Notes: generated from the sequence alone by a model not told the origin. Shown: positions 41,679 to 55,270, counted from the first letter of the stretch. The stretch is DNA of 64,000 bases from the human T2T-CHM13v2.0 reference genome, Homo sapiens (GCF_009914755.1 NC_060942.1); one strand, 5' to 3'. A program made the numbers and translations.

Positions 41679-42122
41679 CATCTGCTTATTATGAGATTGT
41701 TTTGAGAAAGCTTGCTAAATTTTAGCAGAAAAATGCCCAGGAAAGCTTTACCAGAGTGTCCTTCTCCACCATACCAATGCTCCTGTCCATTCCTTCATCA
41801 AACAAGTGCAGTTTTGCCAGATTTTCAATTGGAAATTATTAGGCATCCACCTTAAAGTCCTGATTTGGCTCTTTCTGACTTATTTTTGTTTCACAATCTT
41901 AAACAATCTTTAAAGGGAGCCCACTTTTTTCCCATTAAAAAGACTACATTGACTGCATGGTTAATGATTAAATTCCCAGGACCCTCCGTTCTTTAGGTGT
42001 AGACTAAATGGCTTGTATTGTTGCTTACAAAAATGTCTTGACTTTAATGGAGATTATGTTGTGAAATAAAGTTAATAGTTTTTTTATTTTTTATTTTTTA
42101 CGAATTTTTGAAGTCTCCTTTA
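41679..42122 (+). mobile_element. HSMAR2 mariner, 3' part of transposase pseudogene plus right TIR
   Basis: Decayed motifs AEKCPGKLYQSVLLHHTNAP and HPP*SPDLALSD (YSPDLAPSD), then LQKCL and TIR ...tttttgaagtctcctt-TA. Confidence 0.88.
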
Positions 42123-42419
42123 CAAAAGGGGCTAGAATTACTAAGGTTAGGTAGGTGAGGTTAATTTCCACCATTCAGTAGGATTAATGGTGCAAGTGAT
42201 AATATTGATTATGAAGCATATAGTTGCTTATTTAAGTTAAATAAAATTGATATAATTTTTAAATTATGTAGGAGGAAAGACATTGCTTTAGTATTGTTAT
42301 TCAATACATGTTAAATACCATCAGGGATGCCAGGATGGTTAAATTAAAATTGCTGCTTGATATATATTATTTCCTGAAGCATTCTGTCTTTACTAAATTT
42401 AATGGCAGTGGTCCTTGTA

Positions 42420-42835
42420 CTTATGCCAAACTGTTGGCAACAAATTTGGAATCAACCTTTGCCTTTATATCATACTTTCAGTTCTCTGACAATAATTTAA
42501 TCAGTGTCTTAAAAAATAAACCATCGACTGACCATCTTCCAGCTGAGGTTGAGGCAATAGATTTTGATGCTTTAACCTCTGGGTTAGAGCATCATCATGT
42601 TCCCATTTAAATGGCCTTTTAGTGGGGGAAAAAAGGCTGTAGAACTTCCAACTTCAGCAAAATGCTGCTGTCAAATTTTTATTCACACTAAGTGGCCTCA
42701 GCATGTCATTGCTTTCCTGTGGGAACTGCAATGGCTCCCTGTCAAATACCAAATTGATTTTAAAATTGCTTTGATGGCTTCTGAAGCAGAGCAGTTGGGG
42801 GCTGTGGAGCTGTGTATTTATCTGAGTCAGTGTCA
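42420..42835 (+). mobile_element. Very ancient L2-clade LINE ORF2 C-terminal fossil
   Basis: Translations in correct order: AKLLATNLESTFAF; LTSGLEH (cf. TSRLDY); FQLQQNAAVKFL (cf. LQLVQNAAARLL); HVIAFLWELQWLPVKYQIDFKIAL (cf. HITPVLxxLHWLPVxxRIxFKILL). Confidence 0.75.
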
Positions 42836-43466
42836 GTACATAAGCCAGGGTCTCTCCTAGTGGGTGTGAAACATGTTTACGTCATGTTCTAAGTGCAGGA
42901 AAGGTGAAAAGACCCAGATTCAACATTTTAGTCTGTGCATGTGTCAATCACAGCACTAAAGCCATTTATACATGTGAAATATTTCTTTTGTTATGTAAAA
43001 CACATTAACATTTAAAAATCCTTTAAAAATATCTGACCTTTTATACTTAGACTGTGACATAGAAACATGCCATATACAATGCACGATAAAAGATAAAGGA
43101 AAAACAAGTTTCCAAATATAGCTAAAGTCTTACAGTTTGAACTTAAGAAAGAACACAAAGAATAAATCAACAGAACTTGTGAATTCTCTGAAGACTCCGT
43201 GAGTTTTAAAACAATAATCTTTATTTTCATTGTGCCTATTAACAGTTACTTCAAAACACACAGTATGAAAAACGGCACCCAAGGATGCTTCAAGTGCACA
43301 CACAACGACAATATAGTTAACCATTTAGCCTTAGTTTGTACTGTCTATTTTTGAAAATACAAACACATTGATTTGGTTTTAAAAAGTTAATTATTAGCAT
43401 ATATATGAAATAAAGAATATTTAAAAAGTTAGAAGAAAGTTAAAAAAATTTCAAGCCAATTTCCAC

Positions 43467-43753
43467 CTCATAACTATCGCAAGAACAAAAAACCAAACAC
43501 CGCATATTCTCACTCATAGGTGGGAACTGAACAAGGAGAACACATGGACACAGGAAGGGGAACATCACACTCTGGGGACTGTTGTGGGGTGGGGGGAGGG
43601 GGGAAGGATAGCATTGGGAAATATACCTAATGGTAGATGACGAGTTAGTGGGTGCAGCGCACCAGCATGGCACATGTATACATATGTAACTAACCTGCAC
43701 ATTGTGCACGTGTACCCTAAAACTTAAAGTATAATACTAAAAAAAAAAAAAAC
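43467..43753 (+). mobile_element. L1PA2/3 short 3' insertion
   Basis: Near-consensus young 3'UTR (gatgacgagttagtgggtgcagcgcaccagcatggcac), G-rich tract and polyA. Confidence 0.93.
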
Positions 43754-43842
43754 AAAATTGCCATCCTTAACACAGCAAGCAACATTCTTCCTTGGAGGCA
43801 TCACAGATGGCACAGTTGGGTTGCGTGCACTTCAACACTGTT

Positions 43843-43870
43843 GTGTGTATGTGTGTGTGTGTGTGTGTGT
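43843..43870. repeat. (TG)n microsatellite
   Basis: gtgtgtatgtgtgtgtgtgtgtgtgtgt. Confidence 0.95.
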
Positions 43871-44473
43871 TTGTTTGGATGGCAGGGAATACACATAGTC
43901 TCCTGGAAACACCACAGAACAAGTAGCACATTCACCCTTCCTCCTATGGTAAGTGGAGCATAGGATGTGAAATGTAGGAAGATAAATAGGCATTTTTGAT
44001 AAGCTATAAGAGAAGTAATAGTCATAGAGAATGGCTAGGATCAATAAGAGAAAGAAAGATAAAACTCACCCTGGAGAAGTTAAAGAAGAAAAAAGGAAAG
44101 AAATGTTATAAGTTACAGACTGTGAATTTGAGAGAATACAGTGGAAAAATCGTGGAGGTTCAGAGGCATTAGAGATAGGACCCCATTCATGTATTGCCAA
44201 ACAACATGGGCATAAGTATCCATTTTATGATGAAGGACCCCAGAAGCCTAGACGTCTACAATGACAGAGGTATTCTAATTTGTATGTTCTTGGAGACATG
44301 CTGCACCCAATCATGATAATGTCACAGGGAGAACGTGTGGGTAGAGTCCATTTTAACTTTATGAGTCATTTCCCTGCCAACCCCCTACTTCCAACCCCTG
44401 CCTAAACTTCATTTTTAGATAGCTAGAATAAGCAAGTGACATGTAAAGAGAGAGGTGGTTGTAACAGGGACAG

Positions 44474-45728
44474 TGTAACAGGCTCTGGTGAGCCTCCTCA
44501 AAGTCTTCCTGTAGGTGAAGTCCTAACGGAGAGAAACCCAGCTATCCAAGCATTTGGAGACGCATTGGAGGCCTAATTTGTATATAATTATCAGGAATGC
44601 CCCTTCTTGCTGTAACGTGCAACTCTGAGGGTTGACTTACCATACCCTGTGGGCAGGGGTAGGGATATAATCAAGAGTACTTGTAATTCTGGCATATTCT
44701 TTAAATGCTAGAGAATAAGAATGAGGGATCCAACTCTGCTTTCTGATGGTTGACTGCTGTAAAGTTTTAAGACTCACTTTCTCCTTTTCCACTCTGCACC
44801 GCATTGGGACTAACTGATAAGAAGCTCCGTGTTCTCCCTTTTTTCATGCAGGCAGGAAATTCAAACCAAAAGTCCCTACCTGTGTGTGGGAACCCTGAGC
44901 CAGCACCTAACCCGATCATAGTAAGAACTCTAGCCAGTGTTCCTTTCTACTCTCTCAGGTCACTTCTGATCCATTTTGGAGGCCTGCCATGCTGCTTACA
45001 AAGACCTCAACTATGCATGCAATAAACTGTTTCATATATAGGCTTGTTGTCAGGTGGCATAATCAGTATTGACATCCTAACCAAATTGTGAGTAAGAGTC
45101 TGTGTTAGGGTTCTCTAGAGGAGCAGAAGTAATGGGAGATATATATATATGTATATTATATATATATGTATAAATATGATATACATGATATGTTATATAT
45201 TATATATTATATGATATATGATATATTTTATATATAATATATATTATATGATTATATATGATATATTATATATAATATGTACAATATATATGAAGGGGAG
45301 TTTATTAAGTATAATATATATGACAGGGAGTTTATTAAGTATTAGTTTACATGATCACTAGGTCCCGCAATAGGCTGTCTGCAAGCTTGAGGAGCATAGA
45401 GAGCCAGTCCCAGTCTCAAAACTGAAGAACTTGGAGTCCAATGTTGAAGGGCAGGAAGCATCCAGTACAGAAAAAAGACATAGAACAGGAGGCTAGGGCA
45501 GCCTCTCCTTTACCTGCTTTATATTCACTGGCAGCTGATTAGATGGTGCCCATCCAGATTAAGGGTGGGTCTGCCTTCCCCAGCCCACTGACACAAATGT
45601 TGATCTCCTTGGCAACACCCTCACAGAAACACCCCGGGTTAATAGTTTGCGTCCTTCAATCCAATCAAGTTGACACTCAGTATTAACCATCACAGGGTCC
45701 ATCCTCCTTTTGCAAGGTGAGAATAACA
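44474..45728 (+). mobile_element. MER74-type ERVL LTR interrupted by MLT2A
   Basis: TGTAACA...AATAAAc...gtggcataatcagtattgacatcctaaccaaatt | catcct...aataaCA. Confidence 0.7.
45101..45694 (-). mobile_element. MLT2A1/2 (HERV-L) solo LTR with an internal AT-rich expansion
   Basis: Reverse complement starts TGTGATGGTTAATACTGAGTGTCAACTTGATTGGATTGAAGG. 5-bp TSD gagtc/gggtc. Confidence 0.92.
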
Positions 45729-46999
45729 AGGACATAAAGGCAAATGGCCTGATAATGAATGGAAAGAACATAATTAGTTTCAACATTAAAAGGAGAAATA
45801 TTTTCAACCTTCAAAATTATAATGGCGTTAATAATGATCTCAGATAATACTTCAAAACAAGATTTTTTGTCATAATTTATACAATTGTATATAATAGGAT
45901 GTTGAGAATGAATGCTTAGCAGCCTAGATTAATGGTGAATGACACAATTGGTGAAGAACATAATTGTTTTACAATTCTATACTCTAAATAGAGCTGCAAC
46001 CAGTTGAGGCTAAAATGTCCTCCAAGCATTATTAAATTTGTAGGCCAATTAAATCTGCTACCCTGATCATAACACCAGCCATATGTCCCATATAGAGTCC
46101 TTCTCCTGAACCCATGGTTGTAAGCAGTTAATTTGCGGAGAGGGATCATCAGGTAAGTACATAGTCAGAGGCATGCATTTTGGAAAAGTGGGGAATATTG
46201 TAACTTTTTCGGCTCCTTCACCTGTGGAATAAAAGTAGAATGTTCCAAAAAGTTGTCAGGTTACATTAGAATCACCTGAAGAGGCTGAAATACTTTCAAG
46301 GGAGTTCATTTCTAGTTACCTCTGGCTAGAATCTATTTAGGCAGTGGATCTGATGTGTCCTGCCCTTCCCAGGCAGGATAAGAGACATTGAAAAGAGATG
46401 AAAGAAATAAGACATGCCATGTAGATGTCAAATAATTTAATATAGTTTTTGTGGTGGTAATATATTTTCTTCCTGACTCTGTTTAAATCTTGAGGTGTCC
46501 TTTCTAAATAGACATTCAGTAGTAAACAAGCATGCATGAGTTTAAATCTTTTAAATGAATCCTTTCCTATGGATTCATTGTGTGAAATAGTAGTACCTAG
46601 ATTCCATTTCGTAAATCCTTTTAACCTATTATAGCACTTGATTGCATATTTTATGGTAAGATATACTTTCAGTGAAAATATTGGTATTATACATATGCTT
46701 TTATGGCAATCCCAGGTCCTACAGTCCATTTCACTATGTAAATGATAATAAGTATTTTGCTTACATTATTTGTTAAAATTACTATTTTTAAAATGTTTTG
46801 TTTAAATAAGGCGATACTTTTCAATTTATGTTATGGAAGTTGGAGACTTACCAAAATACTTTAAGATGAGAAACTGTCATTATTTAATTGTCGTGCATTC
46901 TTAGAAAAGTTATGATGTATCTTACATGAGCCTTAATTTGCCTTGAAGTAAAATGATGGGGCTGCACTAAATCACTATGACTTTGGGAGACCACACAGA

Positions 47000-47200
47000 A
47001 CAATATTTAAACAATGGGCTCAGGAGTCAAATTGCTTGGTTTGAAAGTGTAATTCTGTCTTTTAATAACTGTGAATTTGACTAAGTTACTAAAACTTTCT
47101 GCTACATTTATGACAGGGATACTTGAGTATTAAGTACTAAATACTTACAAAAGTACCTGAAATTAAAGAGAGAGAGGGAGAGAGAGATTAGATAATATAA
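47000..47200 (+). mobile_element. MIR fragment
   Basis: atgggctcaggagtcaaattgcttggtttgaa...taactgtgaatttgactaagttactaaa. Confidence 0.55.
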
Positions 47201-49273
47201 TGAATTACTCTATTAATAATTAGTCTTAAAAGTTTAGAAGAAATCACCTGATAGATCACTTACCAGCTAATACATTACCAAATAGTTTGTTTTAGTACAT
47301 AACATAGGAAACAGCACAGCCTAGAATATAAAATAAACTCATTCATTTAACTATCTGACAAAGTTTTATTACAGTGATATAGAGATACTACAGTTACAAA
47401 GCCATGACTAGAATCTTTAGCTTTTTCCCCTTACTAGATGAATTCTATCCTGAAAATCTATGCATTTGCTAAAGTTGACATCCATCCATTTTTTAGAAGA
47501 TCAGAACACATTTCACTATGTAGCAACAGGAAATCGAGGAAGCAGATGAAACATGAAATTGAATCTCATGAGTGATAAAGAGAACAATTACAGTACAATC
47601 ACTTTAAGGTGGTATCATGGAGCCAGTCCCTCAAACAGCATGAACAGAAAAATCTTAGGACTATGACAAAACATATTGACAAATAATGGCTGGCAAATAA
47701 TGGATGAAACTTCCTTAATAAGTTTTTATTGTACTTGTATTTCCTAGTATGAATCGTAATGATACCCATATATTAGATTTTTTTTCCCACTGAAGACTGT
47801 TGGGATTGCTATTTTTACTTTATTTATAATACAATTGAAATACTATATATTTTCACCTTAATTGCCAAATACACTCCTGGCTTTCATTGTTCACACTAGG
47901 CTAAATGAAACTCACTCGCATTTTAGTGCCCATAGTATTGGTACAGAATATTTCTTGGCACATTTACAAAATAAAAGTGTATGTTTATGATTGAATTTGC
48001 ATAAAGAAATATAGGCCTGTGCTAGAGAAACTGTACTTGACCTCTCATTTAATGCTCGCTTCAACCACGGGTCCTAGGATCCAGTCTATGAAACTGCTGT
48101 TTAACATATTTGTCATATAATTCATTGTTTTGCTGTTGTATTAGTAAATGTGCACTAAGCTAAGATGCTATGGCATGAAATACTCAAGGAAAAGCTTGTA
48201 GCTTGTGAGGAGTTTATTTCTCTCTCACCTAATGCTGCAGGTAGGGCAGTTATCTTAGGTCTGTGTGGCACTCTTCTCTATTTTTTGATTGAGAGACTCA
48301 GGACCATGTGCTCCCACAGCTTACTCACCACTGACGTGAGAGAGGGCCAGTTGTCATCTCCAGGGGAGCAGCATCCCAAAAAGAAAGGGATACATGAATA
48401 AAATATGATTAAAGAGACCTCTTTCAGAAATGAGACACTTCTACTTACCTTCCATTGGCTGGTCAAATGATTACATCTGAGTGCAAGACAGACCAAAGAA
48501 AGCAGTTTGACCATGTGCCCATGATGAAGGGCTGGAGGAAAAATTTCTTCTAGAAAGCTAACAGTATCTTGTGCCTGTATTCATTTTCTTAATTTGTACT
48601 ATGATAAATGTCCTTATTTGGTACTGCAGATATTATTAGGAGTTCTTAGTAAGAGAAATATACCATTCCAACAAACATTATTATTCCATTAATTAGTTGA
48701 TACAATTCATGATAAAAAGAATGAATGCAGATGTTATTCACTTGTGTATTCATTCTGTTTTTCTCGCCAAAGGACAATTCCTGGAGGGTACAGATTTTGC
48801 CTTGTAAGCTCAGCATGCAGTAGTGTGAGTGTGACTGAAATAGTCTATGAACATGTCAACACTTTGGTTATGGCATGAAGAAATGTGGCTAGGTGAAATT
48901 GTCAGGAAGATTTTTACCACCTAAAAAGAAGAAAACTATATAAATTAACAGTGCTTTGATGATGCCACCAGTGATTTAGCACTTATTTATGACACTAAAC
49001 TTAAATAAAAATATGTGCAAACAACAGTATCTGCAAATTAAAAGCAGCTTAATAAAGATTGGTCCAGATGAAGTGGTAATTCACTACCATGTCATATGAG
49101 GACTTGTAGCTCATTAGTTTATGGGATAAAAGAGACTCATGAGAATATGATAGCTGTTCCAGCTGTTTCCAATATTCAAAGAGACACATGTTGCTCTTTC
49201 TGGCCCTCCAAAGAAAATCTTGATTACTTGGTTAAAAGTTCTTAGCTCAATTTAAATAAACACACTCTATAAG

Positions 49274-50713
49274 TGATGACAGCAGTGGCCCATCTGGAGT
49301 GGCTGCTGCAAAGATGCCGGCAGCAGCAGGGGAGATGTGGCTGTGCTTCATGGAGCCAGGGGGAGCCAGTGGGGGCCAGGAACAGGTGGAAGCCCCACCC
49401 TCTTCCAAGTTGGAAGGGTGAGACCAACCTCCCAGGCTCAGCTACAGCCTCCCAGCCCAGCTGTACCTTTGGACTGTGCTCTCAGGGACCAGGAAGACCC
49501 CCTGCCCTTGCAGGCTCAAAAATGCCTGCTCCTGCACCCTGGTCTCTCCCCATTCCCAGCACCTGCATCGATTTCGGAGCAAAGTTGAGGCTGAACCTAG
49601 CTGTTGTTGGGACCTGGCCGGGTGTGTGTGTGCTTGGGGCACTGCTGACACACTATACCCCTGCCACCTTGGTCCCCTCCAAACTTTGGGTCCCAACAAG
49701 CATGGGAGGGAGGCTGAGAGGGTGCTTAGGGCAGCTCGGTGCAGGTCCGCAGGCACCCCTCGGCATGAATAGCATGGGTGTCGTGGACGGCAGGTTGATG
49801 GAGGCAGGAGGCAGATGGGCTCTTGGGTGGGAAGGGGCCAGTCCCTGGTGAAGCCTCACTTTCAGGCCTGGGAAGGCCTAAAGCCTGGGGGCTGGGCAGC
49901 TAGTTATGCAGACCAGAGTGAGAACTTATGGTGCTTTTTCGGCCTATCAGCATGCACTTCCTCCCCACTGAAGCTGATAAAATCCCCAGACTCAGCAAGA
50001 CTGGGGCAGACATCATGCTGACCTGCCTGCAGAGAGGAATTACTCATTGCAGGTCTCCTCTGAGCTGTTCTGTCACTCAGTAAAGCACCTCTTCATCTTG
50101 CTTACCTTCCACTTGTCCATGTACCTCATTATTCCTGGGCACAATAAAGAACTTGAGACCCACCCAGTGTCAGGGCTGAGAGAGCTGTAACACAAACAGG
50201 GCTGCTCATCACATAGCAATTGACAAGGAAAGGAGAGAGAAGGAGAGAAGAGCTGTGGCCCTTCGGGGAGGCCAAACCTAGGAGCTCCCTGAGGCAGAAC
50301 TGTGACACCCTCTTTGGGGCTCTGTGGTTCCCGGTGCCTGCAAGCTTCTGGGCACCACCGTGTTCTGTGGTACCTACAGTGGAATCCACTGATGGTATGC
50401 CTGGTCAAGCCACAGCCTCACAGGGAGCTGGTGCCTGTGCTGGTGCCTGGGGTTGCCCACCCTGCTTAGTCAGCGTACCCGGCTCTGCACAGTGGCTGGA
50501 CTCTGCACTTGTTTGTTCACACACCCCTCTCTGCTCTGCACCTGGCTTGACCTTGGCAGTCATGGGATCCAGGCTAGTAGAGCAAGCTGAGCACAAACTG
50601 CCAGGCTGAGTGGGTGGAATGGGCCCAGCGGATCTGAGCAAAAGTTGGGCTAAAGGGTGACTGGCCACAGAGGTTTCCGGCTGGTGAAGCAACACCCAAA
50701 GGATCCTGTGACA
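49274..50713 (+). mobile_element. MER52 (ERV1) solo LTR
   Basis: Termini TGATGACAGCAGTGG...ggatcctgtgaCA. 4-bp TSD TAAG at 49270-49273 and 50714-50717. Confidence 0.9.
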
Positions 50714-51124
50714 TAAGTAGTTGCAGTTCAAAATGTAGTAGGATAATCAGAAAGATAGGGAATCCTCAGTCTCTTGAAGTTGTCATAGAATAAACTCTGA
50801 ATATTTTGTATAGACAGAATCCATGCATTCTATATGTGATAGGGTAATGATATTTATAGCTCATGTGGAAATGATAAAATTTTAGATCAAAGCCAAAGTA
50901 AGGATTTAAATAGCATTGTTCCTAAAGGGAACTTAAGGACTGTATCAACTTAAAGTTTAGTTTTCTAGACAATGTTTCAAAGATAAATGCCATTTTAAAC
51001 ATTTTGAAAATATCTCTATTATTATTTTAATAAAGAGAGAACATTGCTATTCAAAAGAACAAAGGATATGTTTTTATATGTATATATATATGTACATATA
51101 CATATATATACATATACATATATA

Positions 51125-51419
51125 TTATTATTATTATTATTTTTGAAACAGGGTCTCCCTCTGCCAGCTGGAGTGCAGTGGCATGACCATGGCTCACAGC
51201 AGCCTCAACCTTCTGGGCTCAGGTGATCCTCCCATCTCAACCTCCAGAGTAGTTGGGACTACAGGTGTGCACCACCATGCCTGGATAATTTTTGTATTTT
51301 TTGTAAAGACAGGGTTTCACCATGTTGCCCAGAATACTCAAGCTCATGGGCTCAAGTGATCCACCCACCTTGGCCTCCCAAAGTTCAGGGACTACAGACA
51401 TGAGCCACAGCATCCAGCC
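51125..51419 (-). mobile_element. AluJ with (TTA)n tail, adjacent to a TA-rich tract
   Basis: ggctcacagcagcctcaaccttctgggctcaggtgatcctccc; tgttgcccag. Confidence 0.9.
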
Positions 51420-51959
51420 TAACTTAATATGTCAATTTCAGGTAAACCAATAAAGTTGTGTTTTATTGAATATTTATATTTTATAGTTAAATCATTTCTT
51501 TTTTTTTTTTTACTGATTTCCTTTAAAAAAGTATTTTATGCTGTGGAGATGCTAAAGATAAATCATGGTTCTGGAGATATAGGAATTTACAATCTTGAAA
51601 TTGTTTATAGAAAATTGCCACATGTCTAATTTTATTATGTATATATAGCCCATTTTGTAATTCTAAATTCCTAGTCAAAATAAAATTATAAAATATTACA
51701 CTTGAGGAATAAAAATGGCATTCTTCACAAATTTATTTAGGTGATCTTACACATAAAATTATATTTAATGTACAGGTTTAAACTTTTAACTTTATAATAA
51801 GAAACATGTTATTGCTATTATCAATAATTAAATCATTATTACAAGACCTCCATGACTATCTGGGAAATGCCCAAGATGGCCCAGGTATTGGTACTTGTTG
51901 TAATTAGGCACTGGAGTGCTTTGGAAGCATTTTATACAAAGTCTCTACTCCTGGACACA

Positions 51960-52657
51960 AAGTAGTTCACCCCTTATCTTTGATTTCCCTTGCCTTGGTT
52001 TTAATTACTTCTGGGCAACCTTGATCTGAAAATATTAAATGGAAAATTTGAGAAATAAACAATACATAAGTTTTAAATTGCACGTCGTTTTGAGTAATGT
52101 GATGAAATCTCCTGCTCAGGATATGAACCATCACTTTGTCCATTGTATCCAGGCTGTACATGCTAGTTGCCCATGAATCATTTAGCAGCCATATTGGTGA
52201 TCAGATTGATATCACAGTGCACACTGCTTGAGTTCAAGTAACCCTCATTTTTCTTAATAATGGCCCCAAAGTGTAAGGGTAGTGATGCTGGCTATTTGGA
52301 TATGCCAAGAAAAGCATAAAGAGCTACTTTTAAGTGAAAAAGTGAAAGTTCTCCACTTAATAATAAAAGGAAAAAAAATCATATGCTAAAGTTGCAAAGG
52401 TCTAATGTAAGAACAAATCTTCTATCTATGAAATTATGAATAAGGAAAAGAAATTTATGATAGTTTTTTTGTTGCACCTGAAACTGCAAAAGTTAGTCTG
52501 TGATAGGTGTTTAGTTAAGATGGAAAAGGCATTAAATTTGTTGGTGGAAGACATGGACAGAAATGTGCTCTGATAGAAGGTAATTGGATACTACCTGCAG
52601 CTTCAAGCATCCACTGATGGTCTTGGAATATAATCCCCAAAGATAAGAAGGGACTGC
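51960..52657 (+). mobile_element. MER44 (Tigger7-derived) DNA transposon
   Basis: TIR agtagttcaccccttatc ... gataagaagggactg; gaaaatattaaatggaaaatt..agaaataaacaat. Confidence 0.85.
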
Positions 52658-53184
52658 ACAATTGGCCACTTTAGAACTTCTCTTTCTAAAGACACATTAT
52701 TTTTCAAAGAAAAAGACATAAATTGTCTGACTTTATCTAGTTTGCAGCTGCATAATTTATGTGATGTTCCTAAGTAGCTCACAGAGTTAATAACTGCATT
52801 TTCTTAAAAATTATATTATAGAAAATATTTATAGAAAAATATTTCAACATGAGTTTGAATCCAAGGTGTTCTCACTTGTATGAGGTGACACTCAACAATG
52901 ATTGGTTTGTTGAATGAAAGGTAAGGTAAAAGTCAAACAAACAGACAAACAAAAATCATATTGCAATTGCTCCTGTATCCAGCCTCCACGGATACATTTA
53001 ATATCACAGCTTAATTGGCAAGCCATCTTTATTTCTTTTACCCTTGAATTGAAATTCATTCTCCTTGTAATACTGTAGACAATATTAAGACAATCAAAAT
53101 GAGCTAAGATGCAGCAGTATATTCCATCTATGATTGCCAGAGCTTCCAGTCTCCAATGAAACTGGGAATAACGCCCTTTTCAGG

Positions 53185-53510
53185 TACACCCTTCCCTCTG
53201 TATCCCTGGGAGATTGCTTTCAGGACCCTTGGAATTACAAAATCCACAAGTGCTCAAATCCCTTATGTAAAATGATGTAGTATTTACATAAAACTGATGC
53301 ACATCCTCCTGTATAATTTAAATCCCCACTAGATTACTTATACAACCAAATACAATGTAAGTCCTGTGTAAAAAGTTGTTTTACTGTATTTTTCTTTGAA
53401 TTATTTTTTATTGCTGCATTATTAATTTTTTTATTTTAAAAATATTTAAAAACTGTAGTTAGTTGAATCTACGACTGCAGAGCCAGCAGATAAGAAGAAC
53501 CAACTCTGTA
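53185..53510 (+). mobile_element. MER2 (Tigger2-derived MITE)
   Basis: aaaatccacaagtgctcaaatcccttatgtaaaatg; gcacatcctcctgtata; ctagattactta. Confidence 0.85.
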
Positions 53511-54384
53511 TCAAATCACCACCACATTTAAAGACAAGCATCTGTTAACAACATAAATAAAATTCAAATAAAAATAAAATATGTACATAAGGGAGCAACT
53601 ATGAAAAGTATTTTTCTTGATTTTTCAATAAACTATCTATGACTCAGCTGCAGAGAGCAAGTCTACACAGACCTTTAGAGAAAATAAGAACAGTGTATTA
53701 TATATCTGCAAAATATTTGGAAATAAACATACATAAAATAATGGCATTATTATTTTACTTGGTATAAAAACTTAATTTTAGTTACCATTTGTGTGTTGTT
53801 GATTGATTGATTGATTGATTGAAACATTGGTGAGCCAGCATCCATCTCTACCATCAATATTTGTCTAGAATTCAACTACATAACTCATAATGCAGTATAT
53901 CATCATGCTTCCCTTCCTTTTGCTTCCCTGTATTTATGCAGCAACAAAAACCGCCTTTGCTCTCTAAATAACTAAAAAAGTGAATTGCTTGAAAAGTAAC
54001 CAAGATGACAAAAATATAACACTATGCCTTTGTAAAATAATTCTAACACCGTGGGGTGCCCAAGTTTCTGACCAACTGCCTCTTTTTGGAGGCTGAATTA
54101 AGAGAACAATGCATTGCAACCAAAGCCCTCTGTGGCTATCTTCACAATCTTATTGCCTGTTTAGTTGATTTTTGTGTGTGTGTGAGATTGTACTTGGCAA
54201 CAAATTACTTCAAATTGCAGTTTATGTAATTTTCCCCAGCTTTTGAGAAGTTTTCTTTAATATTCCACCAAAGTTCAGTGTTCATAACAGTATTTTAAAT
54301 AATTTTCTGGATGTTTATGATAATATACTGGGAAGTTAGGACAGCTGGTAACAGAAACATATAGAAGATCATAATATTGACCTT

Positions 54385-54815
54385 TGTCTTGGTTGAGTTC
54401 TTCAGGAAAAAGACCTGGAGATGGTGTCTTCAGTAAGTTTATTGAGATGTACCTTTGTGATGATGATCTGTGGGGAAATGAAAGAAAGAAGTAGGACTGA
54501 GAAGAAAAATCATTGAAAACCTGGAAGTTGCAACAAACATTTCAAATAATCCCACAAGGACCTGTAAAGGTGGCATACACTTTTAAAACTGTTGTATAAA
54601 GAAGCAAAGTGTATCAGCCTTTATATTTTCGATGTTGACTAATATTGATTGCAAGTTATTCCAAGAAGGAGCATGACCTTGGACACGGCTGATAGAAATT
54701 TCTATAGAATGACTTGGCTAAGAGCCCTGAGATGCCAATGCTTCTAGCACCTAAAGGAACAAATGCTTTAGTCTTGAAGGAGGAATCTGGACAGTGCACC
54801 GTGTCATCTACTGCA
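54385..54815 (-). mobile_element. LTR16A-type ERVL solo LTR
   Basis: tgtcttggttgagttc...gcatgaccttgg...gtcttgaaggaggaatctggacagtgcacc...catctactgca. Confidence 0.65.
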
Positions 54816-55270
54816 GTCATAAGGCTAAAATTGCTATCAACTGAAAATATTCTTGGATGTTATAATACTTGTTCCTGTCATAACCACTTATAAATTTGCT
54901 TGAATGATGGTTCCAAATTCTCATTAAGTTTTGATATAGAAAGCTGCAAACTGGAGCTAAGCATACACAAGTTGAGCTACAAAACTATGGATACAATATA
55001 TGAATTCATGTCTTAATAATTTATATCTAGCCAATTACTATCTGAAGTAACAATTAAAGGTATGCCTGAATTATTGTAGCAATTTTTAGTAGATGCCAAC
55101 ATGTCTCTGTGTGTATGTGTATATGTATATATACTATATGCATGTGCTATATTTAGATTGGGTAAGCCTCTATGCAAAAGTATGGTCCTATTTGTTTGGT
55201 AACCTACAAAAAACACATGTATCATTGACACAATATAGATCTTTAAAAACTAATGTTTAAATAAGAACAA

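Noticed and set aside
48440-48555. Consensus minus-strand donor AG|GTAAGT at about 48449
   Set aside because: No convincing acceptor or recognisable peptide.
49273-49851. 192-aa ORF (longest in the window) and overlapping ORFs
   Set aside because: Lies within the GC-rich MER52 LTR, begins at a GTG on the LTR boundary, and shows no recognisable domain.
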